Shown: positions 57,195-64,000 of the stretch, one piece after another | Layout: each line of letters starts with the position of its first letter | Position numbering within the stretch: position 1 is the first letter of the stretch | Origin: Anaerolineae bacterium | GTDB taxonomy: Bacteria > Chloroflexota > Anaerolineae > Promineifilales > Promineifilaceae | Reading direction: 5' to 3' | Assembly (NCBI GenBank): GCA_023384415.1 | Contig: JAHDWJ010000014.1 | Coordinates: 43,943-107,942, forward strand | Length of the DNA stretch: 64,000 nucleotides | Translations under genes and position numbers: made by a program | The notes under the pieces: generated by a model | What the model was told of the DNA's origin: nothing | What the model saw: only the letters and a program-made list of their open reading frames with translations | Databases searched by the model: none

Positions 57195-58195
57195 AACGAC
57201 AGCACATAACTGGTATGGGCAGGTTTGTAGGTGTTGATCAGGTTTTCAATCAACTCCCGTTTCACCTGTTTTTCAGACAGGGGGATTTTGATGGCAAAGG
57301 TGAAATCATCCAGCTTTTCATCTCGATCATCAATCTCAGGTTGGACGCCGGTGTATATCTCTATGACACGGCTGACGGCCCATCGGGTGCCGCGTCGGGC
57401 ATATATCTGGGCCGCTTCACGGAGCATTTCCCGTTTTTTCTGATCATCCCAGGTGGAGTCAAAGGGAAGATTAAACCAGCTTTCTAGCCAGGGCATAAAT
57501 TCTGGGGGGGTGGTTTTGGGGTCGAGGAACAGGTCAAAATTGTCTACATTCCATTCGATGGGAGCCATGATGGCTTCTAACATGCCCAAGAGCCGTCCCA
57601 TGAAATCGTTTTGGTAGATGCCAGGCAAAAATTGTAAATACCGGTCGCTGTGTAAGGCCAGACCGGGTGGGGGGGTGGTGTGATCTGGGGGCTGCGGCCG
57701 CACTGGAGGTTGTGGGGGTAAGGATGCTGGCGGTTCATCGGCTGGGGGCTGCGCTTCCTGGGTTGGTTTGCGCGGCGGAGGTTTCCGGGCCGGTTCTGCT
57801 TTGGCGGGGGGTTCTTCTTTGCTGGCAGGTTTCGCGGCCGCGGGCGGTTCCACTTTGACTGGGGCCGGTTCAGGGGCGGCCACGACAATTTCCGTTTGCT
57901 GGTAAGTAAGCTTAAATGGCCCTATCTGTATGGTGGCTTGATCCGCTAAAGGGTAAGGCACATTAGCGGCCAGCCGTTCATTATTGAGCGTCGTTCCGTT
58001 GGCACTGCCCAAATCAATGAGGGTACAGCCCCGGTCGCTGCATTCGATTCGGGCATGTTGGCGGGAAATAAGCGGATCGGGAAGATGGATTTCGGTGCCT
58101 GCTTGCCGGCCAATCGTAGAGGTACCAGGGGGGATGATAAGGCTGCGTGTGCCTTCGGGTCCTTCAATGGTCAAACGAAAGATAAATTCAGCCAC
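57185..58195 (-). CDS. FHA domain fused to a phage-tail P2 gpI-like (TIGR02242-type) baseplate domain
   Basis: FHA: STIGRQAGTEIHLPDPLISRQHARIEC...DLGSANGTTLN. A Pro-rich linker follows. C-terminal YLQFLPGIYQNDFMGRLLGMLEAIMAPIEWNVDNFDLFLDPKTTPPEFMPWLESWFNLPFDSTWDDQKKREMLREAAQIYARRGTRWAV matches the tail-protein-I domain pattern from memory. GTG start with AGGAG upstream. Confidence 0.7.
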   Translation of the reverse strand: MAEFIFRLTIEGPEGTRSLIIPPGTSTIGRQAGTEIHLPDPLISRQHARIECSDRGCTLIDLGSANGTTLNNERLAANVPYPLADQATIQIGPFKLTYQQTEIVVAAPEPAPVKVEPPAAAKPASKEEPPAKAEPARKPPPRKPTQEAQPPADEPPASLPPQPPVRPQPPDHTTPPPGLALHSDRYLQFLPGIYQNDFMGRLLGMLEAIMAPIEWNVDNFDLFLDPKTTPPEFMPWLESWFNLPFDSTWDDQKKREMLREAAQIYARRGTRWAVSRVIEIYTGVQPEIDDRDEKLDDFTFAIKIPLSEKQVKRELIENLINTYKPAHTSYVLSFGS

Positions 58196-58210
58196 GGGTA
58201 TCTCCTGGAA

Positions 58211-58245
58211 GGATGAATTAAGAATGATGAATTATGAAGGATAAG
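58211..58245. repeat. Heptamer repeat block (GATGAAT type)
   Basis: GGATGAAT TAAGAAT GATGAAT TATGAAG GATAAG. Shares GATGAATTATGA with 60212-60223. Confidence 0.7.
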
Positions 58246-58301
58246 CCAGGGTGAATCTTATGTACAGACTTGCCCACTCGCAAATTCGCCAACATTGTAA
58301 C

Positions 58302-59093
58302 TCAAAATTCCCCTTTGCGTAAGGCTTGAATATACGGTTCATAGGCGATGGCTTGTTGGTCATTCTGGTTCAAGAGGCGGTAATAATCTTGGGCGATCTG
58401 AGCCTGCTGCTCGCGAGTATATTTGTGGTAAGGTTTGCCCTCTCGTTGGGCCTGTTTAAGCCCCTGGCTGCCCCCATATCGGTATGCTTCGTGTCCCAAT
58501 GTCCATTGAGCATGGAGGGCTTCGCCGATGTAGATAGAGCCAAGCTGCTCGTATTGATAGATGTGGGTGATTTCATGGACGAGTAAGGAAAGATCGCTGC
58601 GGCTACCTTCAGGCAGGTGAACGGTGTGCCAAAGAGCAAAAGCCCGCCCTTTGTTGGCCCGGAAAATGAAGCGCAAAACGCCCCCTTCGGCTACCCGAAT
58701 TTCTCCATAACGTAAAGCGGTTGGGCCTAAGATGGTCGCGGCCGCGTGCATTTCGGTCACGGTGAGAGGAGTAGTGGGTATGGCCAGGTGCATCACGAAT
58801 TGTACCAGTTCTGGCCCGCCGATGAGGTCAAACAGGTAACAGCCCAGGTGATGCAGGCCAAAAGTAACGCGGCCGCGCCAGGTACGTCCCCAGCCGGCTG
58901 GTTTCGGTTGGAACAGATCAGCCAATAAACGGCCCAGTCCGGTTACACCATAAACCAGCAGTCTGAGCAGGCGACCCAGCCGCACCGGTAAATCTCGCAC
59001 CAGGTTGATCGGCCACGCGGCCGCGTCTCGCAGCCGCTCTGCCAGCCACCCGGTCACCAACATTAAAACCAGGCCTATCTTAACCATAACCAC
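58302..59093 (-). CDS. DUF4157-like HExxH metallopeptidase-fold protein with hydrophobic N-terminus
   Basis: GRAFALWHTVHLPEGSRSDLSLLVHEITHIYQYEQLG resembles the DUF4157 core (...AFT.G..I.F....LLAHELTHVVQ). The start could be GTG 59093 or ATG 59087. Confidence 0.6.
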   Translation of the reverse strand: MVMVKIGLVLMLVTGWLAERLRDAAAWPINLVRDLPVRLGRLLRLLVYGVTGLGRLLADLFQPKPAGWGRTWRGRVTFGLHHLGCYLFDLIGGPELVQFVMHLAIPTTPLTVTEMHAAATILGPTALRYGEIRVAEGGVLRFIFRANKGRAFALWHTVHLPEGSRSDLSLLVHEITHIYQYEQLGSIYIGEALHAQWTLGHEAYRYGGSQGLKQAQREGKPYHKYTREQQAQIAQDYYRLLNQNDQQAIAYEPYIQALRKGEF

Positions 59094-59214
59094 CCTTACC
59101 GTATCTTCTCAATAAGTTGGGGCGAACCTTCGGAAGGTTTGGGAAATGGACAAGCTCTTGAGTCAAACCTTCCGAAGGGTACATGTTTTACTGTGATGTT
59201 ACCCCTTACCGTAT
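59093..59214. repeat. Family-1 hairpin element, copy D (59101-59193, inverted), with flanking 12-nt direct repeats
   Basis: CCCTTACCGTAT occurs at 59093-59104 and 59203-59214. The core is 84/93 identical to copy B in reverse complement. Confidence 0.8.
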
Positions 59215-59976
59215 ATTAAAGCAGCCTCGTGTTGAAGCGATTACCGTCCGCTGACTCTGGTTCATATAAGCCACCTGCCAATGGTAATCATTGGTCGTGT
59301 CCTGGTAAAAAGTTGAAACCGGCACCCGCCAGACCCATAAATTTTGCGCCGGAATAGAGAGAACATCATTATTTAGCCCTCCCAAACTGGTCAAATTGGT
59401 TGCCCCCCTGGGGCCAACCCGCACTTCTAGATAAAACCCATTGGCCGTATCTACTCGTTGCGTCCAGGTCCATTGGAACTCAATAGTGCTGCCTCGGTCA
59501 AAGGTGCTGATGTTGTTCTGGCAGTTAGTGTGATTAGCCAGGCGGGGGGCGGGAATGCCGGTTCCTGCTGTGGCAGTGGGGGATGGGGTATCGGTAGGCA
59601 GCAGGGTGGGCGATGGTTCACTCCCGGGAGTGGCCGTAATCGGGGCTTTGACCGTAGGTGTAGCTGTGGGTGGTAGTTCGGTGGGGGTAGAGGTGAATAT
59701 GGGCAGAGTGGCCGGGGCGGTCGTGGCTGTGTCCGTAGCCGGGATTGGCGAGGGGGTTGATGTTGTTTCGGCAGCCACCGTAAGTTCTGAGGTAATGTCG
59801 GCGACGGTTTCGGGGGTGAGGGATAGGGTAATGTCGCTGGTGGGAGGTTCACCAGTGCCCGTACTTTGGGTTTGGGGGTAGACCAGAAAAAAAGCGGCCG
59901 CAGCCAGAACAAGCAAACACAGGCATCCCAAAAACAAGATACCAATGATCACAAAAATAGAGCGTTTATCGTTCAT
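59206..59976 (-). CDS. Membrane-anchored T/P-rich protein with an unknown ~110-aa C-terminal domain
   Basis: TM segment IFVIIGILFLGCLCLLVLAAAAFFLV, then a Thr/Pro-rich spacer, then a Trp-rich C-terminal domain. Confidence 0.55.
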   Translation of the reverse strand: MNDKRSIFVIIGILFLGCLCLLVLAAAAFFLVYPQTQSTGTGEPPTSDITLSLTPETVADITSELTVAAETTSTPSPIPATDTATTAPATLPIFTSTPTELPPTATPTVKAPITATPGSEPSPTLLPTDTPSPTATAGTGIPAPRLANHTNCQNNISTFDRGSTIEFQWTWTQRVDTANGFYLEVRVGPRGATNLTSLGGLNNDVLSIPAQNLWVWRVPVSTFYQDTTNDYHWQVAYMNQSQRTVIASTRGCFNIR

Positions 59977-60204
59977 ACTATTACCCCCACGATTTGATTA
60001 TGGCACGTCTTTAGGGTTTTGCGGGGTTTTGTCTGATGGGGAATGCCTCTCTGTCACATTGTATGACCCCCACAAACGCCGCAAGAGCCATGGTGGCATT
60101 TTCCCACTTGTTAGCAGCCTGTATTTTTACGTAAAAACGCAGAGACGCAAATGTTGCCTGCCCTTTTCTCTGGTCAAACCTGCATAACCCGTTTAGAATC
60201 CGGT

Positions 60205-60303
60205 TATGAGGGATGAATTATGAGGGATGAAAGGGTGAGGGAACTCGAAACTCGAAACTAGAAACTAGAAACTCGGAACTAGAAACTAGAAACTCGGAAC
60301 TAA
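60205..60303 (+). repeat. Composite heptamer array (B units, then nine A units) in the muramidase gene leader
   Basis: TATGAGGGATGAATTATGAGGGATGAAAGGGTGAGG, then GAACTCG AAACTCG AAACTAG AAACTAG AAACTCG GAACTAG AAACTAG AAACTCG GAACTAA. AAGGAG and ATG 60319 follow. Confidence 0.9.
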
Positions 60304-60318
60304 ACAAGGAGTCATCTT

Positions 60319-61515
60319 ATGAGTGAGCGAACTGGTCAGACTATAGCCGTGCCGGTTTATATGCGGAGTGGTCCAGGGATTCAACACCCCGCGGCCGCGA
60401 CCCTACCCCCTGTTACCCCTTTCACTGTCTTAATGGAGATGGCTCCCTGGCTCCATATCCATTGTGACCTGGGCGAAGGGTATTTGCACCAAAATTTTGC
60501 CACTTTAGACCCCATTGAAGATTGGGCCGTCTCTTTTGCCCTGGAGATTGTCCGCACCGGCAAGGCACGTAACTTTCTCAACTTACGCTCCGGCCCTGGC
60601 ACCCACTTTGATCGCATTGTTGTCCTGGCTCCAGAGACACCGCTGGAGATTCAATCTCAAGAAGGGGTGTGGCTTAAAGTATCGGCTGAGGGGGTTGTGG
60701 GGTATGTTCACAGCGATTTTGTCGTCTTAGACCCACTGCCTACACCAACAATCCCGCCCGGCACCAACCCACCCCCACAGCTGCCCGTGGACATTCGCCC
60801 CGGAGAGGAGAATTTGCAGCCCCCAGCCCACGAGATGCTGACAGCCCCTGTTGGCAGTGATACCACAACCCGCAGCGTGGCCCGAATCTGGAACCGGTTT
60901 GGTGGTCTGTTTCAGGAGCTGTCACAGCAGCTGCGGATTGATCCTGGGGTGGCGGTGGCTGTTTTTCTCATCGAATCCGGGGGCGAAGGGTTTGGGTCTG
61001 ATGGCCGGTTGAAGATTCGTTTTGAGAACCATGTGTTCCGCAACTATTGGGGCAAACTCAATCCTGACCGGTTCGCCCAACATTTTCGCCATGATTCCCC
61101 CCGTACCTGGGAGAATCATTTCTGGCGGCCGCATCCCGATGGCGAATGGTTATCTTTTCATGGTAACCAGGCGAAAGAGTGGGAGGTATTTAACTTTGCC
61201 CGCACTCTGGACGACACGGCGGCCAAAATGTGTATTAGTATGGGGGGGCCACAAATTATGGGGTTCAATCATGCTACCACTGGCTTTGAGTCGGTGCATC
61301 AGATGTTTGATGCTTTTGCTCAGGGCAACCGGGGGCAGATTATCGGCTTTTTCCGCTTTGTGCAGGGGGGGACACCCAACTCCCAGCGGTTGGTGGCTCT
61401 GCAAACACTTGATTTTGAGAAATTCGCCAGCCTATACAACGGCCCCGGTCAGGCTGCCCGCTATGCCGGTCTGATCCAGGGGGCGTATGAGCGGTTCCGG
61501 CAGTTGAGGGGGTAA
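60319..61515 (+). CDS. Two SH3b-like domains plus N-acetylmuramidase (DUF3380-type) domain; endolysin-like
   Basis: Two SH3b-like modules: MRSGPGIQHP...GEGYLHQNF, and LNLRSGPGTHFDRIVVL...VWLKVSAEGVVGYVHSDFV. C-terminal AVFLIESGGEGF...IRFENHVF...FASLYNGPGQAARYAGLI. No signal peptide is evident. Confidence 0.7.
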   Translation: MSERTGQTIAVPVYMRSGPGIQHPAAATLPPVTPFTVLMEMAPWLHIHCDLGEGYLHQNFATLDPIEDWAVSFALEIVRTGKARNFLNLRSGPGTHFDRIVVLAPETPLEIQSQEGVWLKVSAEGVVGYVHSDFVVLDPLPTPTIPPGTNPPPQLPVDIRPGEENLQPPAHEMLTAPVGSDTTTRSVARIWNRFGGLFQELSQQLRIDPGVAVAVFLIESGGEGFGSDGRLKIRFENHVFRNYWGKLNPDRFAQHFRHDSPRTWENHFWRPHPDGEWLSFHGNQAKEWEVFNFARTLDDTAAKMCISMGGPQIMGFNHATTGFESVHQMFDAFAQGNRGQIIGFFRFVQGGTPNSQRLVALQTLDFEKFASLYNGPGQAARYAGLIQGAYERFRQLRG

Positions 61516-61594
61516 GGGAGACAGGGAGAACGGGAGGGTTGGAGACTCTTTACTCGCCTACTCGCCTACTCGCTCACTCGCTCACTCGCAAACT
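61509..61594 (+). repeat. Composite 7/8-mer repeat block bridging the muramidase stop and the rlmI-like start
   Basis: GGGTAAG GGAGACA GGGAGAA CGGGAGG GTTGGAG ACT, then TACTCGCC TACTCGCC TACTCGC TCACTCGC TCACTCGC AAACT ATG. Confidence 0.85.
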
Positions 61595-62791
61595 ATGATA
61601 AACGGCACATTGATTTTAGCAGCGGGCCGGGAGAAGTCGGTGTTGAATCGGCATCCCTGGCTGTTTTCGGGAGGGATTGCCCGTGTGGAAGGGCAGCCGG
61701 CGCCGGGAGATGTGGTGCGGGTGGTGGATACCCGCGGCCGCGCTCTGGCTTTGGCTTACTATAATCCCCATTCGCAAATACGCGGCCGCATCCTCACCTG
61801 GAACCCAGATGAACGGATTGATGACAGTTTCTGGTTGGAGCGTATCCGGCGGGCCATACGCGGCCGCGAACGGCTCAAGCTCACCCCGCACACCACCGCT
61901 TACCGCCTCATCAACGCTGAAGCGGATGGGCTGCCTGGCCTGGTGGTGGACCGGTACGGGGAGTTTCTGGTGCTGCAATCGGGCACGATGGGCATAGAGA
62001 AGCGCAAAGCCCAGTTGGTGCGATTGTTGGCCGATGAGTTAAACCCGGTAGGTGTGGTAGAACGCTCTGATATGGAGACGCGGCCACATGAGGGATTGTC
62101 ATCGCAAACGGGGTTACTTGCTGGCGAGTCCCCACCCCCGGAACTGCTTGTCAGCGAAAATGGACTGTCTTTTGGGGTTAATTTGCTCACCGGGCACAAA
62201 ACAGGGCTGTATCTTGACCAGCGGGAGAACCGGCAGCGTGTGTGCCAACCCCATTTTGTAGCCGGGCAGGCGGTGCTAAATGTTTTTGCTTACACAGGGG
62301 GATTTGCGGTGTATGCGGCCGCACACGAGGCCGGCCCCATCATCAACATAGATAGCTCCTTCGCCATGTTAGAGCAGGCAGAGCGTAATGTCGAACGGGC
62401 AGCCTCACGCCCGGATGATCAATATCTGGCCGGGGATGCGTTCCGCATTTTGCGTGATTACCGGGATGAAGGGCGGCAGTTCGATCTCATCATCCTCGAC
62501 CCGCCCAAATTTGCCCCCAGCAAAGGGGATGTGCCTAAAGCCAGCCGGGGGTACAAAGATATAAACTGGCTGGCTCTGCGCCTCCTACGGCCAGGTGGCC
62601 TGTTGGCTACCTTCTCTTGTTCCGGCCATATTGGGGCGGATCTGTTTCAGAAAATTGTGTTTGGCGCGGCGGTAGATGCCCGGCGTGAAGTGCAGATACT
62701 CTATCCCCTGGGGCAGCCCCCCGATCACCCCGTTTTACTCACCTTTCCCGAATCCGCTTATCTCAAAGGGCTGTTTTGCCGGGTCTGGTAG
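61595..62791 (+). CDS. rlmI: Class I SAM-dependent rRNA (m5C) methyltransferase with PUA-like N-terminus (RlmI family)
   Basis: HPWLFSGGI, VLNVFAYTGGFAVYAA (SAM motif I) and FDLIILDPPKFA (motif IV). Confidence 0.8.
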   Translation: MINGTLILAAGREKSVLNRHPWLFSGGIARVEGQPAPGDVVRVVDTRGRALALAYYNPHSQIRGRILTWNPDERIDDSFWLERIRRAIRGRERLKLTPHTTAYRLINAEADGLPGLVVDRYGEFLVLQSGTMGIEKRKAQLVRLLADELNPVGVVERSDMETRPHEGLSSQTGLLAGESPPPELLVSENGLSFGVNLLTGHKTGLYLDQRENRQRVCQPHFVAGQAVLNVFAYTGGFAVYAAAHEAGPIINIDSSFAMLEQAERNVERAASRPDDQYLAGDAFRILRDYRDEGRQFDLIILDPPKFAPSKGDVPKASRGYKDINWLALRLLRPGGLLATFSCSGHIGADLFQKIVFGAAVDARREVQILYPLGQPPDHPVLLTFPESAYLKGLFCRVW

Positions 62792-63842
62792 CTGTAACGG
62801 TCCAAATGATATTGCCTAAAAAGAGGAGAATCGCCACAGCATTTAACATTCCCCCCCACTGTCGCCCGGCAATCCAGACCGTCAGGTTGCCGACAACCCG
62901 CAGCAGCAGGGATAAATGGAGTAGGGCCAGGGGCAGATAGAATCGGCGTGAGAAATGCACCTGTAACCCGGTCAGGCTCGGCAAGATAATGGGGGCATGG
63001 CCGAAAATCATGCTGAATACGAACCCTACAAACAGGGCATGGAGCAGGGCATCGTACCATAGCCCGGCCATCACTCCCCCACCGATGGCGGCCAATCCCC
63101 CGGCCACAGCCAGCCAGAGGTAGCCCAAAAGCAGGCAAAGGGCAATGTAGCGGGTCAGCCCCTCTTTACGCACAGTGAAGCGGGCGATGTCGTAGTAGGC
63201 CAGCCATCCCGCCAGGGCGAATAGGCCTATACCGGTGAGGTGCATCGCGGCCGCGTAATGGATCCCCATTAGCCCTAACCCAACCGCCAACAGGAGCAAT
63301 ACCCCGCCAAATAGCTGATGCGCCAGCCGGTTCAACTTTCTGACCCGGCTGAGTTCTAACCGTTCTCCGGCGATGGTCAGGACCAGGAAGCAGCCCCACC
63401 AGAGGACAAGCTGATAAAAGGGGCGACCAAGCAGCCACAAGCCGTTGCCGACCAACCAGGTCACACCGCCCAACAGCAGAGTGAAGGTGAAGAGGGTGGT
63501 TTGCTGCCGTAAGATGGCCCCGTTGACCAGAAGAAACAGGGCAGCGGCCAGAGTAAAAAGCGCGGCCGCGAAGGTGCCATTTCCCCCCGCCAGTAAGACG
63601 GCGGCCGCAATACCGCTGAAAACAGGGGAGGCGAATCCCCAGCCTACTCGCAAAGCCACTGCCCGCTCAAGAGCGATTAGCGTCCCCAAAAAGCCCGAAA
63701 CCATCAGCGGCCCATGCAGCAGTGGCCCCAATAGCGGGGTCGCCAGTGATGTCCAGCCCAACCGCACCAAACCGACCCATAAGCCTGATAGTAAAGCCAG
63801 CAATATTATCGGCAGAATGAAGAAAGGCAGACGTGAGGGCAT
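62763..63842 (-). CDS. Polytopic membrane protein of unknown function
   Basis: About 10-12 predicted TM helices. Conserved-looking His motifs (LLHGPLMVSGFLG, LHALFVGFVFSMIFGHAPIILP). Its 3' end overlaps the convergent rlmI-like gene by 29 nt. Confidence 0.55.
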   Translation of the reverse strand: MPSRLPFFILPIILLALLSGLWVGLVRLGWTSLATPLLGPLLHGPLMVSGFLGTLIALERAVALRVGWGFASPVFSGIAAAVLLAGGNGTFAAALFTLAAALFLLVNGAILRQQTTLFTFTLLLGGVTWLVGNGLWLLGRPFYQLVLWWGCFLVLTIAGERLELSRVRKLNRLAHQLFGGVLLLLAVGLGLMGIHYAAAMHLTGIGLFALAGWLAYYDIARFTVRKEGLTRYIALCLLLGYLWLAVAGGLAAIGGGVMAGLWYDALLHALFVGFVFSMIFGHAPIILPSLTGLQVHFSRRFYLPLALLHLSLLLRVVGNLTVWIAGRQWGGMLNAVAILLFLGNIIWTVTATRPGKTAL

Positions 63843-63897
63843 AACGTGGATGGTGAAGGACCCCTGGCAAAATAGCTATCTAGTTACAGCCGGTTTT

Positions 63898-64000
63898 TTA
63901 TCCTGGCAGCATGAGCAGCAGCATGATGACGGGGCTGCGGGCCAGAATGCTGTGAGGCAGATGAGGGGGCATGTGGATCCAGGTGCCGGTCGCGGCCGCG
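63898..64000 (-). CDS. 3' end of a gene running off the window (cupin-like C-terminus?)
   Basis: The minus strand reads AAATGTWIHMPPHLPHSILARSPVIMLLLMLPG*. Only 34 codons are visible. Confidence 0.3.
   Translation of the reverse strand, partial: AAATGTWIHMPPHLPHSILARSPVIMLLLMLPG

Noticed and set aside
60239-60303. Possibility that the regularly spaced short repeats are a CRISPR array.
   Set aside because: The units are only 7-8 nt and directly abutting, with no 25-40-nt repeats or unique spacers. No cas genes are present in the window.
54397-61515. A complete prophage, tailocin or eCIS locus.
   Set aside because: Only one baseplate-like domain, a DUF4157-like protein and an endolysin-like gene are present. 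No sheath, tube, spike, capsid, terminase or integrase genes are seen.

Overview
64-kb chromosomal segment from a moderately GC-rich bacterium. The proteins look Chloroflexota-like, but that is inference only. I call about 45 protein genes and saw no rRNA, tRNA or CRISPR array. Housekeeping genes are present: gyrA, priA, pyrG, queG, an rlmI-like gene, an ABC-F ATPase and a SufU-like scaffold. They are interleaved with signalling genes: an ECF sigma/anti-sigma pair, a Ser/Thr kinase with TPR repeats, a predicted pseudokinase-FHA protein, and an RsbU/RsbW/STAS-type partner-switching set. There is a six-gene operon of unusually large proteins with Flp/TadE/TadG-type leaders (a Calx-beta/CBM adhesin, a BNR propeller) but no Tad secretion genes. 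A small cluster combines an FHA::phage-P2-gpI-like baseplate domain, a DUF4157-like HExxH protein and an SH3b-muramidase. The strongest signals are not genes. (1) The NotI octamer GCGGCCGC occurs about 119 times, roughly 1 per 540 bp. That is roughly 40-fold above a simple base-composition expectation. It occurs in all three codon phases with a pyrimidine/purine flank bias, like a HIP1-type highly iterated palindrome with a different core. (2) At least 12 blocks of 7-8-nt tandem repeats (STRR-like) share identical 12-20-nt strings. They sit mostly in 5' leaders and gene junctions, and once in frame inside priA. (3) Two families of 53-93-bp intergenic hairpin elements (MITE/REP-like) are present; two copies are flanked by direct repeats. 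Palindrome-poor, AT-richer tracts may mark acquired DNA. All coordinates and counts come from manual reading and should be recomputed.
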